A stretch of 64,000 nucleotides of DNA. Source: a bacterium (lineage in GTDB: Bacteria > Patescibacteriota > CPR2 > UBA1875 > JAJYID01). A model generated the notes under the pieces. The model had not been told where the DNA came from. It did not search any database and worked only from the letters and a program-made list of their open reading frames with translations. The DNA is taken from NCBI GenBank assembly GCA_021787535.1, contig JAJYLR010000002.1, positions 24,556 to 88,555 on the forward strand. The letters run 5' to 3'. Below are positions 58,972 through 64,000 of this stretch, piece by piece (position 1 is the first letter of the stretch; each line of letters opens with the position of its first letter). A program made the position numbers and the translations under genes.

Positions 58972-59086
58972 AGCTATTCTTTTTAAAAAAGAATGGGATT
59001 AAAGCAATGGCATGCGCCCCGATGGATATCGGGGTTCCCTTCACATTATGGCGCTAAAAAGCGCCGCCAAATATGTACCTTGACAA
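58972..59086 (+). ncRNA. Unclassified structured RNA motif, copy 2
   Basis: Same architecture as 58409-58525. Confidence 0.7.
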
Positions 59087-59121
59087 CAGAATAAGCTAAA
59101 ATAAGAACAAAGGAGAGGATT

Positions 59122-59682
59122 GTGAAGATAATTAATGAAGAAACCTTGGCCGAAACGCCGTTTCTAAAGCTTGTCAGACTGGATTGCATAAGTCCTTTAG
59201 GAAGACGCTTGAAGTGGGATGGTACAAGGAGAGAAAACCGAAGAGCAGTCAGTGTAGTTGCCGTTACAAAAGACGAAAAGATAATTCTAGTGCGGCAGCC
59301 TCGTTACTTAATTGGCAGTGAAGTGATCGAATTTCCTGCCGGTCTCCTGGATATTAAGGGAGAAAATATGATCAAGACAGCAAAAAGAGAACTTCTCGAA
59401 GAAACCGGCTATGAGGCGACAGATTTTACCATTCTCCTGGGAGGAGAGGAAGGACTTGTCAATTCTCCCGGTATGACAGACGAAAGATCGTCTCTTGTCG
59501 TATGTAAAAATGCCGTCAAAGCCGCTGAACCGCTGGAAAATGAAGAAACCAAACCCTTCCTGCTTGATTTAAAAGGGGCTTACCAAGAATTGAAAGAGTT
59601 AGCTCAAAGGGAAGAAGTGGCCTTTAAGGTTTTCGGTAACCTGGCCCTAGCGAAAGATTGGTATGAAGGGAGGAGAAAGTGA
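59122..59682 (+). CDS. Nudix hydrolase, ADP-ribose pyrophosphatase (NudF)-like
   Basis: LVRQPRY, EFPAGLLD......AKRELLEETGY, SPG.TDE. Confidence 0.88.
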   Translation: MKIINEETLAETPFLKLVRLDCISPLGRRLKWDGTRRENRRAVSVVAVTKDEKIILVRQPRYLIGSEVIEFPAGLLDIKGENMIKTAKRELLEETGYEATDFTILLGGEEGLVNSPGMTDERSSLVVCKNAVKAAEPLENEETKPFLLDLKGAYQELKELAQREEVAFKVFGNLALAKDWYEGRRK

Positions 59683-60479
59683 AGGTATATCTGGCTATCA
59701 AACACGGGGATAAAGCTCAGTATATGGTAAAGAAACTGAGGGCGATATTTCCAAATCTGGGTATAGAAGAAATAAGTACACCCGAAGAAGCTGATAAGAT
59801 ATTCTCTGTCGGCGGAGACGGAACTCTTCTATATAACATTCAGAAATATCTCCACCTTGAGAAACCGCTTATCGGCATTAACGCCGGATCTGTCGGATAC
59901 CTCTGCCGAGCGCATGAAGACAACATGGAAGAAGACTTAAAGGAAGCATTAAACGAAGAGCCGCTAACTTTTTATGCCTTCGATGTAACATCAGAAAAAC
60001 TAGAGGAGGTGGCGATAGCGGAAGTAAGAGTAGAACGGCCCACACTTGATTGTGTCAGGATGAAAATAGTGAATAATGGTGCAACCTTAGCTCATAAACA
60101 TATCGGCGATGGCATCATTATTACAAACTCTCTGGGTTCTACTGGCTATAACGACTCGGCCGGCGGACCAATTCTCGCACTAGATGATAAGCGTGCGGTC
60201 TTAACCCCCATCTGCCCCTACAAAAGAGGAGGGGAAATATACGACTCAATCATAACCTCACAGATCTATGATGATATTGATATAGAAATCATCACAGATC
60301 ATGATGCGCGGCTGGTTCTGGAAAATCGGGGGTTTGTATTGACTGCCGGAGAGCCCGTACACATTACCTATGGCAAGAAAAAGTTCTTTCTTCACACGAA
60401 GAGAAAGGATGAAAGGAGAGAGGAAAATGAAAAAAAATCAGATACAAGCAAAACGCTTAAAACCAAAGCTCGGCTTTGA
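59679..60479 (+). CDS. nadK: NAD kinase
   Basis: GGDGT, GINAGSVGYL, GDGIII...GSTGYN.SAGGPI. Confidence 0.9.
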   Translation: MKVYLAIKHGDKAQYMVKKLRAIFPNLGIEEISTPEEADKIFSVGGDGTLLYNIQKYLHLEKPLIGINAGSVGYLCRAHEDNMEEDLKEALNEEPLTFYAFDVTSEKLEEVAIAEVRVERPTLDCVRMKIVNNGATLAHKHIGDGIIITNSLGSTGYNDSAGGPILALDDKRAVLTPICPYKRGGEIYDSIITSQIYDDIDIEIITDHDARLVLENRGFVLTAGEPVHITYGKKKFFLHTKRKDERREENEKKSDTSKTLKTKARL

Positions 60480-61632
60480 TGATGTGGATGTCTATCTTCC
60501 AAGGGGCATCAAAGCTCTTGAAGCCGAGGGCCAAAACCCGATAGGTTTCTGGCGGCTCTTCCAGAGGCATGAAGGGGCTAGATTTTTTGGCATTCATGAG
60601 TTTATGAGTGCTCTCGCATCTCTGGTTCACAAGGATGATCTGGAAGACATCGTGATTTATGCAGTCCCTGAGGGCTATCAGCTGAAACGCCATGAAACGG
60701 CGGTTACGATGGAAGGTCCTGCCAGAAGTCTTCTGGCAAACGAGACGCTTCTGCATTACCTCTCGACCGGAACGCGTTTCCGCACTCTTGCCGGCGATTT
60801 CCCCTTTGATACCATAGCATCTCCCTGGGTTTTCATGGGTGCAAGGTATCTTTCTCTGGAGGATCTGACAATAGCGACCAGGGCGTTGAGCGAGGAAGGC
60901 ATTGTCTCAACCGTTCCCAGTCTGGCTGACAAAGTGATTGGCACAGAAAGCCATTCTCAGATTGCCATGTGGGGAGCGCTTAGACTGGATAGCGTGGCTG
61001 AAGAAGCCATTCAAAGCATTACGCGTGATCCGGGGACGCAGGCTACGATTCGGGCAACGGTAGCTTTTAACAAAGCAAATCCTGAGGTGCCGCTCTTTGT
61101 TCTGGGTGACTTTGCAGCCAGAAGCATTGGCTGCTTTGAAACATTCAAGGCAACCAAAAAAGCATGTGACCTTCTTGGCATCAAACTGGTTGGCGGCCGG
61201 ATGGATATCTCGAAAGCCGACTTAAACGATGAACCGATTGTGGATGCGGCCTTTGGCGGAAACTCGAAAGAAGATGCCGGCATGAAACTGCATGTAGTCA
61301 AAAAGATCCGTCAAATGTTAGACAAAGACGGCATGAGCGGTTTCAAGCTTGTTGTTTCAAGCGGGATCAAGCTTGAGGATATAGGCAAATACAGAGAAGT
61401 CGGAGCCGATATCATCGGTATCGGCGAACAAGCGGCTTACTACTTAAACCAAGGCCAATGCAACTTCACTTCAGACGCTTCCGGTTTCTTTGAAGGTGAA
61501 CGGCTGGTTCCTTTTGCCAAAGAAGGCCGGGAACTTCGGCGGGTGATGGCATCCGAAGATCTTGTAAATGCAGCCAGAGGCATCAAGATCTCCGATTCAC
61601 TAGTTCGCCATAATCTACGAAATTACGTCTAA
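60427..61632 (+). CDS. Divergent nicotinate phosphoribosyltransferase-like protein
   Basis: DVYL, MGAR, GTESHS, GGRMDIS, LVVSSG, DIIGIG, FTSD, K.GR correspond to the type II PRTase motif order. Confidence 0.7.
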   Translation: MKKNQIQAKRLKPKLGFDDVDVYLPRGIKALEAEGQNPIGFWRLFQRHEGARFFGIHEFMSALASLVHKDDLEDIVIYAVPEGYQLKRHETAVTMEGPARSLLANETLLHYLSTGTRFRTLAGDFPFDTIASPWVFMGARYLSLEDLTIATRALSEEGIVSTVPSLADKVIGTESHSQIAMWGALRLDSVAEEAIQSITRDPGTQATIRATVAFNKANPEVPLFVLGDFAARSIGCFETFKATKKACDLLGIKLVGGRMDISKADLNDEPIVDAAFGGNSKEDAGMKLHVVKKIRQMLDKDGMSGFKLVVSSGIKLEDIGKYREVGADIIGIGEQAAYYLNQGQCNFTSDASGFFEGERLVPFAKEGRELRRVMASEDLVNAARGIKISDSLVRHNLRNYV

Positions 61633-61640
61633 TTAAAACG

Positions 61641-61669
61641 GCGGGCGCTTCACATCAAGAAGCGCCCGC
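61641..61669. other. Intercistronic GC-rich hairpin without U tail
   Basis: GCGGGCGCTTC-acatcaa-GAAGCGCCCGC. Confidence 0.55.
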
Positions 61670-61692
61670 TCCAAAACCAAAGGGAGAAGAAA

Positions 61693-62457
61693 ATGAAATT
61701 CGATGTACAAAAGTTCACCGACAAGGCTTGTAATTTCCTACAAAATTACATGCGAGACAATAATCTGAACAAAGTCGTCATCGGCTTGTCCGGCGGCGTT
61801 GATTCGGCCACAGCTCTTGCCCTCGCGGTAAGGGCGCTTGATCCGGACCGGGTAATCGCAGTCACTATGCCAAACGGCGTGCTCGGTTTTAAAGACCGGG
61901 ATGATGCGCGTCTTGCGGCGGAGACCTTCGGCGTAAAGGATTTGAGAGATGTCGATATCTCTCCCGCAGTAGAGACTTTCTGCGAAATGCTATCCTCGGA
62001 TCAACCGAAGTGCGTCGGTAATATTTCGGCCAGATGCCGGATGATCACTCTCTATGACATAGCCCGGCGGGAAGGTGCGATCGTACTTGGTACCGAAAAC
62101 AAGACGGAGCACTTCCTGGGCTACTTCACAAAGGCCGGCGATGAAGTGTCTGATATTGAGCTTATTCGAGACCTTTGGAAGACGCAGGTTCGCGAGCTGG
62201 CTCGTTCTTTGGGTGTTCCCAGGGAGATTATCGAGAAAGCTCCGAGCGCCCGTCTCTGGGAGGGTCAGACCGACGAAGATGAACTCGGCGTCATCTACGA
62301 ACTGGCCGACCAAATCCTGAAGGCATTGGTCGTGGACCAAAAGCAGGATGAAGACCTCGTTCGGGAAGGTTTTCAAACTCAAGATGTCGCCAAAGTCAGG
62401 GAGCTGATGGCGGGTATTGCTTTCAAGCTCCAGGATGTACCTTTCCCGAAAGTGTAA
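61693..62457 (+). CDS. nadE: NH3-dependent NAD+ synthetase (single domain)
   Basis: GLSGGVDS, GNISARCRM, GTENKTE, GYFTKAGD, KAPSARLWEGQTDE. Confidence 0.95.
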   Translation: MKFDVQKFTDKACNFLQNYMRDNNLNKVVIGLSGGVDSATALALAVRALDPDRVIAVTMPNGVLGFKDRDDARLAAETFGVKDLRDVDISPAVETFCEMLSSDQPKCVGNISARCRMITLYDIARREGAIVLGTENKTEHFLGYFTKAGDEVSDIELIRDLWKTQVRELARSLGVPREIIEKAPSARLWEGQTDEDELGVIYELADQILKALVVDQKQDEDLVREGFQTQDVAKVRELMAGIAFKLQDVPFPKV

Positions 62458-62468
62458 ACAAACAAACC

Positions 62469-62495
62469 GGCCCCGCTATATGCGGGGCCATTTTC
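62469..62495 (+). terminator. Terminator closing the NAD operon
   Basis: GGCCCCGC-tatat-GCGGGGCC-ATTTT. Confidence 0.75.
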
Positions 62496-62557
62496 TGATT
62501 TTAAATGGTAAATTCTCTTCTTGAAAAAGTTTTGAATTTAACCTACTCTATTTAAGT

Positions 62558-63223
62558 ATGTTGGGACTTGTTATCGTAAACGGGCTGATAGACAGTTTTA
62601 ACCCCTGCGCCATAGGGATTTTTTTGATTTTCCTTTCGATGCTTTTTATGCTCAAAAAAGACAAAAAGCATATCTTTAAAATCAGCTTGGCCTATATTTT
62701 ATCCATTTACATTCTTTACCTCTTAATCGGTTTGGGTCTTATAAAGGTTATTTTCTTTCTCGGCATTCCCCACCTCATAACTTTTATCGGCGCGGTGATC
62801 ATTGTCTTGGTCGGGGTGCTTTCGATCAAAGATTACTTTTTCCCAAACTCTATGTTTTCAACCAAAATTCCTTACAGCGCCCGCCAGCTGATCTTGAAAT
62901 GGGCATATAAAGCTTCTTGGCCGGCGGCAGCTGTCATGGGGGTCTTAGTCGGCATCTCCGGTTTTCCCTGCGCCGGCGGGATCTATGTGGCAACGCTGGG
63001 TCTGCTTTCACAGAAATCTACCTTTATCCAGGGATTTTTCTACCTCTTGCTTTACAACTTGATGTTCGTGATGCCGCTCATAGTTATTTATGCGGCCACA
63101 GCCAACCAAAAAGTGGCTATGAAAATGCTGGACTGGCAGGAGAGAGAAAAAAACCACATGAAACTGATCATGGGTCTTATCATGACGATATTAGGTGTTA
63201 TAATATTTAAGTGGTATATTTAG
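62558..63223 (+). CDS. CcdA/DsbD-like transmembrane protein
   Basis: DSFNPCA and FPCAGGIY; six TM helices. Confidence 0.82.
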   Translation: MLGLVIVNGLIDSFNPCAIGIFLIFLSMLFMLKKDKKHIFKISLAYILSIYILYLLIGLGLIKVIFFLGIPHLITFIGAVIIVLVGVLSIKDYFFPNSMFSTKIPYSARQLILKWAYKASWPAAAVMGVLVGISGFPCAGGIYVATLGLLSQKSTFIQGFFYLLLYNLMFVMPLIVIYAATANQKVAMKMLDWQEREKNHMKLIMGLIMTILGVIIFKWYI

Positions 63224-63312
63224 TTACCAAATTGGTTAGTTGTAAGTTACTAAGTTCAAAGTTATTTTGTTAAAAATTTGTAGATTAGTAAACATTCGTA
63301 ATTGGTCACATA

Positions 63313-63702
63313 ATGAAAAAGTTTGTTCCATATATTATCATAGGGGTTCTGGTCATTGGCTTTATTGGCCTGATTGGCTATGTCAAGATGAGCCAAATAC
63401 CTAATCAGCCCCAGACCAACACCAAAATTTCTGATATAGAGCCATATTTCGACCAGAATGCTACCGTGATGTATTTTTATTCGCCAAACTGCTCTCATTG
63501 TCAGGATGAGAAGTCAGTGCTCACCGATCTTGCAAAACAAGGGTATAGGGTTAAGCCGATGAATATTTTGGACCACCCGGAATACGGCAAGCAGTACAAC
63601 ATTGAAGGCACGCCGACTTTTGTTTCCCAAAAAGACCAGGCGAGAGTTGTCGGTTTCCAAAAAGAAGATGCTCTAAAGTCCTGGCTTGATCAGCACAAGT
63701 AA
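63313..63702 (+). CDS. Membrane-anchored thioredoxin-fold protein
   Basis: FYSPNCSHC, IEGTPTF. Confidence 0.88.
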   Translation: MKKFVPYIIIGVLVIGFIGLIGYVKMSQIPNQPQTNTKISDIEPYFDQNATVMYFYSPNCSHCQDEKSVLTDLAKQGYRVKPMNILDHPEYGKQYNIEGTPTFVSQKDQARVVGFQKEDALKSWLDQHK

Positions 63703-63827
63703 CCTTAGTTAAAAGTTCAAATTTAAAAATTAAAAGTTATTTTGGGAATTGTAAACATTGATAATGATTACAATTTCTTTTGATTTTACAATTTGTTTAA
63801 GATTAAAATTGAAACAAGGAGGATAAA

Positions 63828-64000
63828 ATGGAAAAACTTGAAGCCATCGAACTGCCGTATAAAAAGTTAAAAGGAATTTCGCATGATCAAATTGCCGAGC
63901 ATTTTGAGGTGCTTTATAAGGGTTATGTAGGGAAGGTGAACGCGATACGCAAAGATTTGGAAGATGGTTTTAAAGGAATGCCAAATGCAACATATGACAA
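63828..64000 (+). CDS. Fe/Mn superoxide dismutase, 5' partial (runs off the window)
   Basis: LPY..LKGIS..QIAEHFEVLYKGYVGKVN..NATY; AAGGAGG RBS. Confidence 0.75.
   Translation, partial: MEKLEAIELPYKKLKGISHDQIAEHFEVLYKGYVGKVNAIRKDLEDGFKGMPNATYD

Noticed and set aside
62467-62475. CCGGCCCCG matching the tRNA-Asn 3' region as a possible attR of an island
   Set aside because: Only 9 bp, part of a terminator stem, and no integrase present
1-64000. Alternative genetic code (UGA recoding as in Gracilibacteria/Absconditabacteria)
   Set aside because: Conserved genes are intact under code 11 and several end properly at TGA

Overview
Chromosomal segment around the replication origin of a bacterium that is very probably Patescibacteria/CPR (code 11). 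The assignment is inferred from the pilin/VirB4 cluster type, the surface-protein repeats and the gene content. From left to right: (1) 0-6.5 kb: carbonic-anhydrase-like gene, two tRNA-Ser genes flanking a small GIY-YIG nuclease, PilB/GspE, ComF, Hsp20, a wHTH-HATPase-STAS protein and a lipoprotein. (2) 6.6-17.5 kb: monoderm-type T4SS-like cluster (3 VirB2-like pilins, VirB6, PrgI, VirB4, wall hydrolases, VirB8-like) with no relaxase, coupling protein or integrase. (3) 17.5-24.3 kb: dciA-recF-dnaN-dnaA / oriC / rpmH-rnpA-yidD-yidC-jag. (4) 24.3-45.8 kb: surface-glycan locus with an AT-rich insert that begins at a truncated galE. (5) 45.9-51 kb: H+-PPase, VanW, a candidate aromatic-amino-acid attenuator in front of two orphan small ORFs, and tRNA-Asn. 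(6) 51-62.5 kb is the most unusual part. It is an NrtR-controlled regulon that joins a TerY-type PP2C/kinase/vWA triad to NAD salvage genes (nicotinamidase, Nudix, NAD kinase, NAPRTase-like, NadE). It also holds a divergent NadM-like/methyltransferase fusion and two covarying copies of a structured RNA motif I do not recognise. (7) CcdA-like protein, thioredoxin and a partial SOD. All calls come from reading motifs by eye; no database searches were run.
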